This document shows positions 1 to 9,910 of a stretch of DNA of 64,000 nt, one piece after another. Below the pieces are notes generated by a model. It made no database searches, was not told the origin of the DNA, and saw only the letters and a list, made by a program, of their open reading frames with translations. Positions within the stretch are counted from its first letter, which is position 1. Each line of letters opens with the position of its first letter. The position numbers and the translations under genes are program-made. The stretch is from Candidatus Thorarchaeota archaeon (GTDB lineage: Archaea; Asgardarchaeota; Thorarchaeia; Thorarchaeales; Thorarchaeaceae), in assembly GCA_004524445.1 (NCBI GenBank), contig SDNP01000002.1:1-64000 (forward strand). Direction: 5' to 3'.

Positions 1-1
1 C

Positions 2-193
2 TTCTGGGATACTTCTGCAACAGTCCTCAATGAATGTGACCAGGTGAGAGTATTCCAGAGAACCTTCCTCTTTGAAACCGTTTCTATCTCAGTTAAATGC
101 TAGGAATGTGGGAACATCTTCGCTATAGAAGATGTGAAACACGATAGGGCTTACGAGTGTAGTTTTTGTGGAGCAAGAGGTGTTGTTGAATAA
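2..193 (+). pseudogene. 3' end of a zinc-ribbon protein gene (truncated by window edge) with an in-frame TAG at 101-103
   Basis: Frame 2 reads FWDTSATVLNECDQVRVFQRTFLFETVSISVKC*ECGNIFAIEDVKHDRAYECSFCGARGVVE*. The TAG sits inside the first CxxC of a CxxC...CxxC pair. Confidence 0.5.
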
Positions 194-329
194 TCTCACT
201 CACTTTCAGTATACAAATTCGATCTCTGTAGGAGTCTCTTGGATTACTTATTCGAGTATGAAATCGACAAGCCATAACCAACACCCGGATTCACGAAAGT
301 AATAAGAGAACCCTGATAGAATTGCAACT

Positions 330-1022
330 ATGACCGCTGGCTACTCTCGACTATCAGGTATTGCTGGTATTGACGAGTCTGGTCGAGGTCCAGTAATCGG
401 GCCTCTGGTCATTTGTGGGATTCTATTTGAGAAGAACATGGACGGAGATTTACACAGCATTGGTGTCAGGGACTCCAAGATATTGACTCCCAAAAAACGA
501 AGAGACCTTGCTGCACAAGTTGTGAAGATTGCAGATAAGATAGAGTTTGAAGTGATTTCAGCAGAAGTTATTGACCGTCTAAGAACCAAAGGCATATCAC
601 TAAATGATATAGAGGTAGACGGTTTCGTCGCTGTACTAAAGCGACTGCGTCCTTCTGAAGTATACGTAGACGCGGCAGATGTTGATGCCAGAAGGTTTGG
701 CGATAATTTGGCTCAAAAATCAGGGCTTGGAAAAGAAGGATGTCTTTTGATTTCGGAACACAAAGCAGACTCTCGATATCAGATAGTGTCAGCTGCATCC
801 ATTCTAGCTAAGGAGGAGAGAGAGCGGCGACTCTCACTCATGCATGAAGAATTCGGAGATTTTGGATCAGGGTATCCGAATGACCCCAAAACGATTGCAT
901 ATATTCAGTCACTGCTGAAGGCTGATGAAGCCTTCCCCATTGTTGTCCGAAGGACTTGGAAGTCAATAGAACGCATTCGAGAGGGGCTACTTGGGACTCA
1001 GACGGCCTTAGACGAGTATTAG
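330..1022 (+). CDS. rnhB: Ribonuclease HII
   Basis: GIDESGRGPVIGP, DSK, VDA, HKAD...VSAASILAK and GSGYP motifs; C-terminal PIP box QTALDEY. Confidence 0.97.
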   Translation: MTAGYSRLSGIAGIDESGRGPVIGPLVICGILFEKNMDGDLHSIGVRDSKILTPKKRRDLAAQVVKIADKIEFEVISAEVIDRLRTKGISLNDIEVDGFVAVLKRLRPSEVYVDAADVDARRFGDNLAQKSGLGKEGCLLISEHKADSRYQIVSAASILAKEERERRLSLMHEEFGDFGSGYPNDPKTIAYIQSLLKADEAFPIVVRRTWKSIERIREGLLGTQTALDEY

Positions 1023-1981
1023 TTGCACGAGCGTTCTTTGATTATGTTCTTCAAATCACGTGTTTTTTCAATGCTATCTAATTCAAGTCGTCGAATGACC
1101 GGCAAATCAGAAACATTCTCATCGACCTTGCCTTCTTCTACGATGATGACAGCGTTGGATTCTGTGACACTTGAAACGCTCTTCAAGATCTTCATTCTCT
1201 TCTGAAGACCCCAACTCTCCAATGACCCAACACCTGACATCAATGGAGGGCCTTCTTCCTTTGCCGCCAAGTTGAATGGAGCTCTATCAGTCCAAAGTAC
1301 ATTCATTCCAAGACGTTCGAAAAATTGGTTCACTCGTTTCTCTAGATTTGGGATATCATCAGGAGTGCGAATTTGGGTCAGCGACTTGGTTTGCTGATTT
1401 CCGCTCAAAATATCAATCGGAATTATTAGATCTGTTTCTAGGACCTTTTCGAGTTGTTCGGCAACATCAGCACTAAGGTCCATTTCATCCTTTTCATAAG
1501 CAAGAATAGCTCTTGTAGAAACCTCAATATGACTTGCGAGTTCCTCTTTGGTCATATTGTGAGTTTCACGGCATTCTCTCAACTTTGCGCCATCAATAGC
1601 TACAAAACGTCCGCCTCTCTGAATGAATTCTCGTGGAAGCTTCTGTTCTGCAATTATCTCATTTAGACTGGTGGGGGTTATTGTGGTAACGCCATAGCGT
1701 TTGTATACTACGCCAGAATCTAGCTCCCCTCTGCGGGTTTTTTGACCAACAACGATAGGTGTTGCATTGAAGAAATGAGCAACAGTCTGTAGGGCAAAGG
1801 CATCGATTCTATTCAACCCGTCAATATTATTGAGAATCTTCACGAGAACTAGCTCATTACCTCTTCTGGCAACAAGATCAAAGCAGCTGGGGCGTACATC
1901 GCACTGAGATGAGAGGCTAAATCCAGCATCCTCTAGGTTGTCAATCACATCCTGAATCAGCTCTATTCTACCGTGTGCCAA
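1019..1981 (-). CDS. Archaeal HTH transcriptional regulator (COG1395-like, nuclease-like fold + Cro/C1 HTH)
   Basis: SCFDLVARR...LVKIL.NID, GVVYKRYG and RGG motifs followed by HTH LRECRETHNMTKEELASHIEVSTRAILAYE. Confidence 0.85.
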   Translation of the reverse strand: MAHGRIELIQDVIDNLEDAGFSLSSQCDVRPSCFDLVARRGNELVLVKILNNIDGLNRIDAFALQTVAHFFNATPIVVGQKTRRGELDSGVVYKRYGVTTITPTSLNEIIAEQKLPREFIQRGGRFVAIDGAKLRECRETHNMTKEELASHIEVSTRAILAYEKDEMDLSADVAEQLEKVLETDLIIPIDILSGNQQTKSLTQIRTPDDIPNLEKRVNQFFERLGMNVLWTDRAPFNLAAKEEGPPLMSGVGSLESWGLQKRMKILKSVSSVTESNAVIIVEEGKVDENVSDLPVIRRLELDSIEKTRDLKNIIKERSCN

Positions 1982-2082
1982 TTTCTATTCCTGTATCCAT
2001 TTCATAATGAAGCCTTTTCAGATTATCTAATTGTGAACCATTTGGTGCCATATTCTCGCTTTCAATAACATCGAAAAAGAAT

Positions 2083-2526
2083 CTAACCAAGGAAACCGCT
2101 TGGTGGGATGGTGAAGCCCAAGGTAGTGGGCAGTTTCTTTCTTATTATCTGCACTTGCGGGCCGACGTATCTATGTACGGGTGTCCATTCGCCCATTTTA
2201 TCCCATTCTAGGTCAACATATCCTACCAATCTGGTGAGACGGAACAGCTCTTGCTTTGACCCAGACACGGAGAATATTCCAGGTCCAAAATCGGTCCGTC
2301 TTAAAATCACGATGAGGATGAAGAAAGTATCGTGGTATTCTTTGGGAACTTCTGAGATTAGCCATTCAATTTCCTTTGCCTTGAAGGATTATTCCGTCCC
2401 GCCTCTCGTTTTGAAGACGTGGTTCTCACTTTGAGATGCACTTGCCAGAGAGCCTCTCTTTGCCGGGAGATGGTCATTTGCCGAATCCATTTCCTTCTCA
2501 ATCATTCGTTCTAGAAAACGGTTCAA
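2083..2526 (-). pseudogene. UPF0216/DUF61 family gene interrupted by in-frame TAA (2389-2391)
   Basis: From TTG at 2526 (overlapping the fibrillarin stop): LNRFLERMIEKEMDSANDHLPAKRGSL...TRGGTE*SFKAKEIEWL...VILRRTDFGPGIFSVSGSKQE...PQVQIIRKKLPTT. N.HLP..R.SL and R.KLPTT are recalled DUF61 hallmarks. The ORF track only shows the 3' half. Confidence 0.7.
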
Positions 2527-3221
2527 ATCGGGATCTCCGCCACTCTGGTCACCAAGAAACGATGGTCCTTTTCAAGAGGAGCTAAATCAATATTCTCTAT
2601 TACTTCTAAACCGAGTTCAGTCATAAGCGAGATTTCCTTTTGATAGATTTCGTCCAGTGGGGCTGTAGAATCGATACTTCTTGCCTTAATTGCAATAAGC
2701 CCCCATGACCCAAAGGAACCGAATTTCCTGAGGTTATCAACCAATATACTAGCCTGTTGAGTCTGTGCAACATCTTGATACACAACATCAATGGGACCCC
2801 CCACCATTGGTGAGTACTCGGCCGGATGTCTTGCGTCTGCAACTATAGGCACAATATTGGGTCTGAAGGAGGCAACTTGGACCAGTTTACGTGCCACACG
2901 AGGTGAAAACTCGACAGCATATACTATACCTTCCTGGCCGACAATATCCGAAACATGGCTAACTGTGGTTCCTGATGCCGCGCCAAGATAGAGAACACGA
3001 GAACCGGGCAAAATGGGCATTTCTCGAAGCCCCTTTGTTATTGCAGCTGCTAGTTTTGAACGTCGTCCGGACCAGAGTCTATATTGGGCGTCATCCTCTT
3101 TCAGAATTTTCTCGCCATAGATTGGCTTATGTTCAACTAGACTGCGCGTACAAAGCGTAGTCCGTCCCTTACTCTTGGCAACGTAAACGCCCGGATACTT
3201 ATGTTGCTCAATATCAGTCAT
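2523..3221 (-). CDS. flpA: Fibrillarin, box C/D 2'-O-methyltransferase
   Basis: YGE, YRLW...RSKLAA, VLYLGAASGTTVSHVSD, YQDVAQ, IKARSIDS, L.PLEKDH. Confidence 0.98.
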   Translation of the reverse strand: MTDIEQHKYPGVYVAKSKGRTTLCTRSLVEHKPIYGEKILKEDDAQYRLWSGRRSKLAAAITKGLREMPILPGSRVLYLGAASGTTVSHVSDIVGQEGIVYAVEFSPRVARKLVQVASFRPNIVPIVADARHPAEYSPMVGGPIDVVYQDVAQTQQASILVDNLRKFGSFGSWGLIAIKARSIDSTAPLDEIYQKEISLMTELGLEVIENIDLAPLEKDHRFLVTRVAEIPI

Positions 3222-3236
3222 CTATTAGTTCCTCCC

Positions 3237-4448
3237 TCATCCTTTGGATTTTTGTGAGCCTCTCCGAGTGTTTTCCTTTTTCTTATCGCCTTCGTCAGGT
3301 TCAGGGTACTGCTTCCTAATCTCTTCAACTCGGGAGTTCAAATCCTGCAGTAATTTGTCGCCAATATAGCGGTCAGAGTATGCATCCACACGTGCAGCAA
3401 TAGTGAGCTTGCCTGCCAACGCACGAGAAAGATTCCCTCTTTGCCAATATGGAGCAGAATGAATCAATGGTATCTGAAAGATAACCCCATGTTTTGGAGG
3501 AGTGGCTTTGGTCTTCATACTCCGGAAAAGGGCTTTCTCAGCCCCATAGATTTGGATAGTACTGGATGGTTTTCGTGCCAGTTCTTTCAATGATCCAGCT
3601 AAGCTGATGAGTCTGGCACTGACCATGTGTCCTGCCAAAGCAGTCATGTTGGGAGCCACGGAGTCCATAAGACTGCCAATGTACTCTTCTAGTTCTCTAC
3701 GCCGGGAATACATATTCAATACTAGCTCTGCTAGTGATGTGAGTGCCTCCACATCACGCTCGGAGAAAGGAGCACCAATGTCCATCACTGAAGAGTCTAG
3801 AATGCGATCTGCTAATTCGTCACCGACCCCTGCTTCTTCAAGCAGAGCTGAATCGATTGCCGTCTTATTTCCACTCAGAGTTATGATACGAGCAAGCGTT
3901 TCATGCTCTTCGACAAGGTCTGAGAGCGACGGGAAATGAAGGGTATACCATTCTCGAAGTCGCATTGCAATCATATTAATTGATTTGTCGATTTCCTCTA
4001 CTGCATCAACGGCATTCTTGACCAAAAGGTCTTCCTGCTGAATTGCCTTGCTAATCGTTCTTCGAGCCACCTCAAGAGAGACCTTCTGCCGGAATTGGTC
4101 AATCTCATCCTTTGAGTCTACGATTTCTTCTCTCATGAGGTGAGTGGCCTCGGTACTTCTAAACATCCTCAAAACATCAGAATCCTCCTCAATGCTAAAC
4201 GAGGTGATGCTGTTTGATTTCAAAATCGCTGCAAGATTGGGATTGGAAACAATCAACGAATCGGGTGCAATAGCCTTCATGAATTGGTTGACAGGGGTAG
4301 GAATCTCTTCGAGATTGCCCTCATTCAAATTGAACAATACAGCAGATGAGAGCGAAAGGTCAGGATAGAATGACTTCTTTTTGGTGATTTCTCCCAATTC
4401 ATTCAGCAAGAAAATTCCAAAGGGAGTCAACGTAAGGTATTGCGTCAT
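3237..4448 (-). CDS. nop5: Nop5 (Nop56/58) box C/D RNP protein
   Basis: RLREWY..HFP, APNMTALAG, PSSTIQIYGAEKALF, PPKHGVIFQ, RALAGKL.IAARVD; adjacent to fibrillarin. Confidence 0.97.
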   Translation of the reverse strand: MTQYLTLTPFGIFLLNELGEITKKKSFYPDLSLSSAVLFNLNEGNLEEIPTPVNQFMKAIAPDSLIVSNPNLAAILKSNSITSFSIEEDSDVLRMFRSTEATHLMREEIVDSKDEIDQFRQKVSLEVARRTISKAIQQEDLLVKNAVDAVEEIDKSINMIAMRLREWYTLHFPSLSDLVEEHETLARIITLSGNKTAIDSALLEEAGVGDELADRILDSSVMDIGAPFSERDVEALTSLAELVLNMYSRRRELEEYIGSLMDSVAPNMTALAGHMVSARLISLAGSLKELARKPSSTIQIYGAEKALFRSMKTKATPPKHGVIFQIPLIHSAPYWQRGNLSRALAGKLTIAARVDAYSDRYIGDKLLQDLNSRVEEIRKQYPEPDEGDKKKENTRRGSQKSKG

Positions 4449-4492
4449 GAGGGTTCACTCTACTGATACAATCCACAGATAGCATCGGATAA

Positions 4493-5422
4493 GTGTGTTG
4501 TCCAGTGTCCTTATTACCAGTAGTTGTTGGTACTGAGCCGGGAATAAAATTGGAGATAGCAGGTTACTGGCTTGCGTCAGGGATTCTTGGTGTTTCAGCA
4601 GCATCGATTTCACGAGTATATCATAGCGGCGCAGACGTTGTAGTAACAAAGTCTATTGGACGTCATCCCAGAAGAGGACATCCAGGACCGATTTTGGCCG
4701 AATCGCATAATGGTCTGCTTAATGCTGTCGGATTAACCAATCCGGGCATCGAGGAATTCAGCAGAGAACTGAGTTCAATAAATTTGAGTGAGATACCAGT
4801 GGTAATCAGTATATTCGATGAAAAGGTCGAAGGCATGGCCGAATTGGCGATCCAAGCCTGTGATCTCAATCCTCGAGCTCTAGAACTCAATCTCTCTTGC
4901 CCCCATGCCGAGATTTCACAGATTGCACATAGTCCGGAACTCACCCATGAGTTTGTGAAGGGAGTAACGGATGTTGTTGATTGCCCTGTATTTGTGAAAA
5001 TCACACCGAATGCGTCAAATATCATCGGAGTTGGGTTAGCTGCCCAGAGAGCGGGAGCAGATGCAGTTGTTGCTGTGAACACTCTAAGAGCCATGAAAAT
5101 CGACATACTTCAAAGAAGACCGGTATTGGGCAATGCAGTTGGAGGTCTTTCTGGAGCGCCGCTATTTCCTGTGGCTGTGAGGTGCATTTATGACTTGCAT
5201 TCGGCGCTTGATATTCCAATCATTGGAGTTGGAGGGGTTTCCACATGGAAGGATGCAGTGGAGATGCATTTAGCTGGGGCAAGTGCTATTCAGATTGGAA
5301 CATCTGTGATGGAAGGGCTTGAAGTCTTTCGTGAAATCAAAACTGGAGTAGCAGAGTATCTGGCGAGGGAGGAATTTCAAAGCACTTCCGAGATTGTAGG
5401 GCTTGCCGGAGGTAAGAGATAA
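4493..5422 (+). CDS. pyrD: Dihydroorotate dehydrogenase B catalytic subunit (true start uncertain, probably downstream)
   Basis: LASG, NAVGLTNPG, ELNLSCPH, KITPN, VNT, GGLSG, IIGVGGV; adjacent to pyrK. Confidence 0.93.
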   Translation: MCCPVSLLPVVVGTEPGIKLEIAGYWLASGILGVSAASISRVYHSGADVVVTKSIGRHPRRGHPGPILAESHNGLLNAVGLTNPGIEEFSRELSSINLSEIPVVISIFDEKVEGMAELAIQACDLNPRALELNLSCPHAEISQIAHSPELTHEFVKGVTDVVDCPVFVKITPNASNIIGVGLAAQRAGADAVVAVNTLRAMKIDILQRRPVLGNAVGGLSGAPLFPVAVRCIYDLHSALDIPIIGVGGVSTWKDAVEMHLAGASAIQIGTSVMEGLEVFREIKTGVAEYLAREEFQSTSEIVGLAGGKR

Positions 5423-6243
5423 TGAATACAAGAGAACTTCTCGGTAATCCCGTTTCTGTTAAGATAGTGGACATTGTGCAGGAGAATAGCCGTGACTGGA
5501 CGCTGTATTTCAAGAACAATCAGCCCAGTCTAGAGGTGACGCCGGGACAGTTTCTGATGGTGTGGGTCCCAAGCGTGGATGAAATACCAATGGGCATATG
5601 CCACTTCAATAAGGAAACCATGGGATTTACCGTTAGACGGGTTGGTGAGGCAACCAAAGTATTGAGCACTCTTGATGTCGACGATTGGATAGGTATTAGA
5701 GGACCATTTGGCACTGGCTATGATTTACATGGAGATTCAGTTCTAGTGGTGGGGGGCGGAATAGGCATGGCACCATTGCGATTGCTCACGAACCAGTTAC
5801 TACGAGGGCGGAGAGAGGTGGATCTTATTATTGGGGGCAGAGAAGCCTCCGAACTTCTCCTTTATGAGTTTGGGAGTGCTTCAAAGAGAAACTTGGAAAT
5901 CCATATTTGTACTGACGATGGCTCGCGAGGAATCAAAGGACTGGCTACTGAAGTGGCAACCCGTCTGATTACTGAACAACAATTCGACTCGATATACTCC
6001 TGTGGGCCAGAAATGATGATGCATGAGATGTTCCAGCTCAGCCGGAAAAAGGGGATTAAGTTTCAGGCATCACTTGAGAGGTATATGAAGTGTGGGTGTG
6101 GCATTTGTGGCACCTGTTCAATGGACCCAAATGGTGCACTAGTATGTCAAGATGGGCCTGTCTTCTCAGGAGAAGAACTTGAAAAGATAGAAGAATTTGG
6201 AAAATACCATCGTGATGAGATGGGTATCAAAAGAAAATTCTGA
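5422..6243 (+). CDS. pyrK: Dihydroorotate dehydrogenase electron-transfer subunit
   Basis: PGQFLMVW, RGPFG, GGGIGMAP, TDDGS, CGPE, SLERYMKCGCGICGTC...CQDGPVF (2Fe-2S); 1-bp overlap with pyrD stop. Confidence 0.95.
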   Translation: MNTRELLGNPVSVKIVDIVQENSRDWTLYFKNNQPSLEVTPGQFLMVWVPSVDEIPMGICHFNKETMGFTVRRVGEATKVLSTLDVDDWIGIRGPFGTGYDLHGDSVLVVGGGIGMAPLRLLTNQLLRGRREVDLIIGGREASELLLYEFGSASKRNLEIHICTDDGSRGIKGLATEVATRLITEQQFDSIYSCGPEMMMHEMFQLSRKKGIKFQASLERYMKCGCGICGTCSMDPNGALVCQDGPVFSGEELEKIEEFGKYHRDEMGIKRKF

Positions 6244-6288
6244 ATGGCAGGTAGGCAGTGAAAGCTCACCTGCAATTAATTATAGATA

Positions 6289-6450
6289 CTACTTGCGGAC
6301 GCCAACGGTTTGACCCTTGACGAATCGTTTGATGTAGTTTTTCTTGTTGCGAACACGGGGAATTGGTGTGTGTCGCTCGCGACCCTTAACCTTAGGAGTC
6401 TGCTCTCGGACCTTACCAGCCTTTGTTAGTGATCCATGTGATCCAGGCAT
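6289..6450 (-). CDS. rps30e: 30S ribosomal protein S30e (53 aa, below ORF-track cutoff)
   Basis: Manual translation [53 protein letters not shown]; HGSL.KAGKVR.QTPK is the eS30 signature. Confidence 0.96.
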   Translation of the reverse strand: MPGSHGSLTKAGKVREQTPKVKGRERHTPIPRVRNKKNYIKRFVKGQTVGVRK

Positions 6451-6732
6451 CTGTTATTTCCTCAAAACCCATTCCGCAGGCTGATAATATAAGGCTATTC
6501 CAATGGACTGCTCGGTTTACGCCCTAGATTCTTATGACCTTAATAGACAACGGCAAGATGTGCTCTTGGTACCAACCACAGCTGCTGCCAACATCTGCCC
6601 CTTAAATTGAGCACACCCAGCTACCCTCTTTTTCGCTTGGTTGCGGCTGTGGAAATTGGTATTACATAATTCGTTTTTATTATCTGCTAGATTGGCGATT
6701 ACCACACCGGATATCATAAATCTAAAACTCGT

Positions 6733-8346
6733 TTGAAGGAGTTAGATATGGCAGACCCACCGGATACCTATTCACTGCATAGGGAGATTATCCAGTCTTT
6801 GCTTGAAAAAACACAAGACTTGGACAAACAGGTAGTGAATAGAGTGAAAAACGATGTTTGCGGGAAATACAATCTAGGTGACATACCGTCTAACGCAGAT
6901 ATTCTTCAAGATACGGTGGGTGAAGAAAGAGAAACTCTACTGGAGGTCTTGCAGAAAAGGCCGGTTAGAACAGTGTCAGGAGTAGCAGTTGTTGCTACAA
7001 TGACAAAGCCCCATCCCTGTCCTCATGGTAAGTGTGCCTATTGTCCAGGAGGACCTGATGTAGGAGTACCTCAAAGCTACACAGGACATGAACCCGCAAC
7101 AATGAGAGGAATCCAGAATGATTTTGACCCCTACAGGCAAGTGATAGGAAGACTTGCTCAGCTGGAAGCCACCGGTCATAGCACAAACAAGGTAGAGCTC
7201 ATTGTCATGGGAGGGGATTGGTGTTCAAAATCCAATGAGTATCGTGAAGAGTTCGTGAAGGGCTGCCTTGACGGTATGAACGGCAAGAGAAGCAAGAACC
7301 TAGAAGAAGCTAAGGAACGAAATGAAACCTCCGCAAGGAGAAATGTCGGTATTACGTTCGAAACGCGTCCAGACATGGTCACACCAGAGAATATTGATGA
7401 TATGCTCCAATTTGGCGCTACGAGGGTGGAAATTGGAGTTCAAACACTCTCCAATGAAATTCTTGAGTATGTTGACCGGGGACATTCTACAAGGGAAACT
7501 GCTCTTGCGACACAGTTGCTTAGAGATAGTGGTCTGAAAGTCTGCTATCACCTAATGCCTGGTCTCCCTGGCTCAACCCTCAAAGGCGACCTCGAGGTGT
7601 TTGATAAAATCTTCCAAGATGAGCAATATCGACCAGACATGCTCAAGGTCTACCCAACAATCGTAGTGAAGAACACGAAACTCTATGATTGGTGGAAGAA
7701 TGGAGAATATGAGCCATACTCAACGGAGGAGATGGTAGCGCTTATTTCAAAGGTCGTATCTAAGATGCCAAAGTATGTCAGGATTCAGAGAATGCAGAGA
7801 GACATACCACTGCATCAGGTGGAAGCTGGTCTAGACAAGGGGAATCTTCGTGAACTGGTCCACAAACGCATGAAGGAGGAAGATCTCAGGAATCCTACCA
7901 TTAGATATCGGGAGATTGGACATTTCCAAATGCGCAATGATACTGATATTCATCCAGACTCAATAAAGCTCGTGAGACGGGATTATAGGGCATCTCATGG
8001 GCAAGAAGTCTTCTTATCGTATGAGGCGACTGAGTTGGATGTTATTTTCGGCTTCTTGAGATTGAGACTACCAAGCACCAATGCTCACAGACCGGAACTC
8101 TCTGATGACACTGCAATCATAAGAGAACTCAGAGTCTATGGTCCGGTAGTTGACATTGGTGATAGAAATTCGGATGCTTGGCAACACCTAGGTTTCGGAG
8201 AAGAGATGGTAGAGCAATCGGAGAAAATTTCAAGGGATGAGTTTGGAGTCGGACGGCTTGCTGTGAACTCCGGAATCGGGGTTAAACCCTACTACCGAAA
8301 TTTGGGCTTCCAAGATGACGGCCCCTACTTGGTGAAGTCGCTCTGA
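6733..8346 (+). CDS. elp3: Elp3 tRNA U34 carboxymethyltransferase (radical SAM + KAT)
   Basis: RTVSGVAVVA, CPHGKCAYCPGG, PQSYTGHEP, ETRPD, RPDMLKVYP, IIRELRVYG, WQHLGFG, SGIGVKPYY. Confidence 0.97.
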   Translation: MKELDMADPPDTYSLHREIIQSLLEKTQDLDKQVVNRVKNDVCGKYNLGDIPSNADILQDTVGEERETLLEVLQKRPVRTVSGVAVVATMTKPHPCPHGKCAYCPGGPDVGVPQSYTGHEPATMRGIQNDFDPYRQVIGRLAQLEATGHSTNKVELIVMGGDWCSKSNEYREEFVKGCLDGMNGKRSKNLEEAKERNETSARRNVGITFETRPDMVTPENIDDMLQFGATRVEIGVQTLSNEILEYVDRGHSTRETALATQLLRDSGLKVCYHLMPGLPGSTLKGDLEVFDKIFQDEQYRPDMLKVYPTIVVKNTKLYDWWKNGEYEPYSTEEMVALISKVVSKMPKYVRIQRMQRDIPLHQVEAGLDKGNLRELVHKRMKEEDLRNPTIRYREIGHFQMRNDTDIHPDSIKLVRRDYRASHGQEVFLSYEATELDVIFGFLRLRLPSTNAHRPELSDDTAIIRELRVYGPVVDIGDRNSDAWQHLGFGEEMVEQSEKISRDEFGVGRLAVNSGIGVKPYYRNLGFQDDGPYLVKSL

Positions 8347-8377
8347 TCTGAAACAATGTAAGAAGGCGAAAGAAGAA

Positions 8378-8465
8378 TGGCGCCGAGGATGAGATTTGAA
8401 CTCATGAGTCCAGCGGACACTGGTTTTCAAGACCAGCGCCTTAATCCAGGCTTGGCTACCTCGGC
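8378..8465 (-). tRNA. tRNA-Ser(TGA), intronless, CCA encoded
   Basis: Reverse complement GCCGAGG...CTGGT-CT-TGA-AA-ACCAG, long variable arm, ATGAG-TTCAAAT-CTCAT, CCTCGGC-G-CCA. Confidence 0.96.
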
Positions 8466-8557
8466 TTCAAGTTTAAGTCTTAGGACTGCTGAATTGATGC
8501 CGTGAGAATGCCTTTTAAGCTTCATGTAGTGGTTAACGGCAGAAGAGGTCATATTCA

Positions 8558-8986
8558 TTGGAGCCAGGTTTCAAATATCGTGAACATACAGCCGACATAA
8601 CTGTGGAGTGTTGGGCACCAACTATGGAAGAGGCGTTTGAACAGGCGGCCATGGGTACGTTTGAAGTTATGTTGGATACCTCAACTGTCGAACCCAAAGA
8701 AAAGATTGAGATTGAAGCTGGAGGAGCTGAACTGCCAGATTTGCTCGTTGATTGGATTACCCAACTGCTCGGTGAGGTAGATATCAACTATCAATTCTAC
8801 TGCAAATTCGAAGTGCTTGAGATCTCCAGAAATAATGATTATACCCTCACTGCCAATGCCTGGGGTGAAGAGATAGATTTGGACAAACATGATACCAGAA
8901 CAGAAGTCAAAGCTATGACGTATGCTGATTTATCAATAGATGGAGAAGACGAGGGCATCACAATAACATTCACTTTGGATCTCTGA
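8558..8986 (+). CDS. Archease
   Basis: EHTADI, EEAFEQAA, WGE, EVKAMTY and terminal LDL. Confidence 0.95.
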   Translation: MEPGFKYREHTADITVECWAPTMEEAFEQAAMGTFEVMLDTSTVEPKEKIEIEAGGAELPDLLVDWITQLLGEVDINYQFYCKFEVLEISRNNDYTLTANAWGEEIDLDKHDTRTEVKAMTYADLSIDGEDEGITITFTLDL

Positions 8987-8994
8987 GGAAGGGC

Positions 8995-9858
8995 TTGAAA
9001 TTGCTTGAAGTTGCTCTCCCGGATACATCGCTCACGGACTGTTCTGACCTACGGCAGAAGACAGCAAAGATGGGAACTATTGGAAGAGCCTTGGCCGTCT
9101 TTAAAGTTGAGAGAGTTATTGTCTACAGAACAGATGCCCTTACTCCTCGAGATAGAAGAGACCGAGATTTGCTTCTTCGCCTTCTCCACTATCTTGATAC
9201 ACCCCAGTATTTGAGAAGGCGAGTTTTCCCCCATACTCCCTCTCTGAAATATGCGGGAATACTTCCTCCACTACGAACGATGAGTCACCCCATAAACCCA
9301 AATCCATCGCAAGTAGAAGAGGGAGAGATGCGTTGGGGCGTTCGAAGAGAGGATAACAAGGTGGATATTGGCCTTACCAAGGGCATTGATTATCCTCATC
9401 CCCTTGACAGTAAGGAAATGGTATTATTTGAAATAGTAAAAACAAAACCCGAAATTCGGATTGAAGAGGTAAAAAGAACAGACACTGAAATTTACTTTGG
9501 TTTTGAAATAGGGGATGTGGATAGCCTTTCGGATTATCTTATTCAGAGAGGCAATGCGACAAGGATAGTTTTCTCTCGAGAAGGGATCCCCTTTGCCAGG
9601 ATTAGGTCAGGCCTGGCTTCAACCATTGAAGGAACAACCGACGTGATATCTATCTTCGGAGGTCCTACACATGGTGTGAGAGAATTGGGTCAGAACCAAT
9701 TGGATAGCATTAAAGATAATATCGACTTCTGGGTAAATACGATTCCTGACCAAGGTACAGAAACAGTTCGGTTGGAAGAAGCAATGATTGCAAGTCTGGC
9801 CCTTCTTAATGACACAGTTGGCCAATTCATCACGAAATCAGGCTATCACCAAAAATAG
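8995..9858 (+). CDS. SPOUT RNA methyltransferase (DUF171/MTH1/C9orf114-like)
   Basis: IGRALAVF.V, YLDTPQYLRR, LKYAGILPPL, FGGP, NTIPDQGTETVRLEEA. Confidence 0.92.
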   Translation: MKLLEVALPDTSLTDCSDLRQKTAKMGTIGRALAVFKVERVIVYRTDALTPRDRRDRDLLLRLLHYLDTPQYLRRRVFPHTPSLKYAGILPPLRTMSHPINPNPSQVEEGEMRWGVRREDNKVDIGLTKGIDYPHPLDSKEMVLFEIVKTKPEIRIEEVKRTDTEIYFGFEIGDVDSLSDYLIQRGNATRIVFSREGIPFARIRSGLASTIEGTTDVISIFGGPTHGVRELGQNQLDSIKDNIDFWVNTIPDQGTETVRLEEAMIASLALLNDTVGQFITKSGYHQK

Positions 9859-9910
9859 CAGACCCAACATAATGATGAAGACACACTCCCCCCTTGGAAG
9901 CAAATATTTT

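Noticed and set aside
2050-2520. Possible RNase P or SRP RNA in the apparent gap after fibrillarin
   Set aside because: The region is explained by a stop-interrupted DUF61 reading frame; no RNase P CR-I/CR-V or SRP helix-8 motif was seen.
6246-6275. Hairpin GCAGGT...ACCTGC after pyrK as a SECIS element
   Set aside because: No selenoprotein candidate is adjacent; it is more simply a terminator-like stem between convergent genes.
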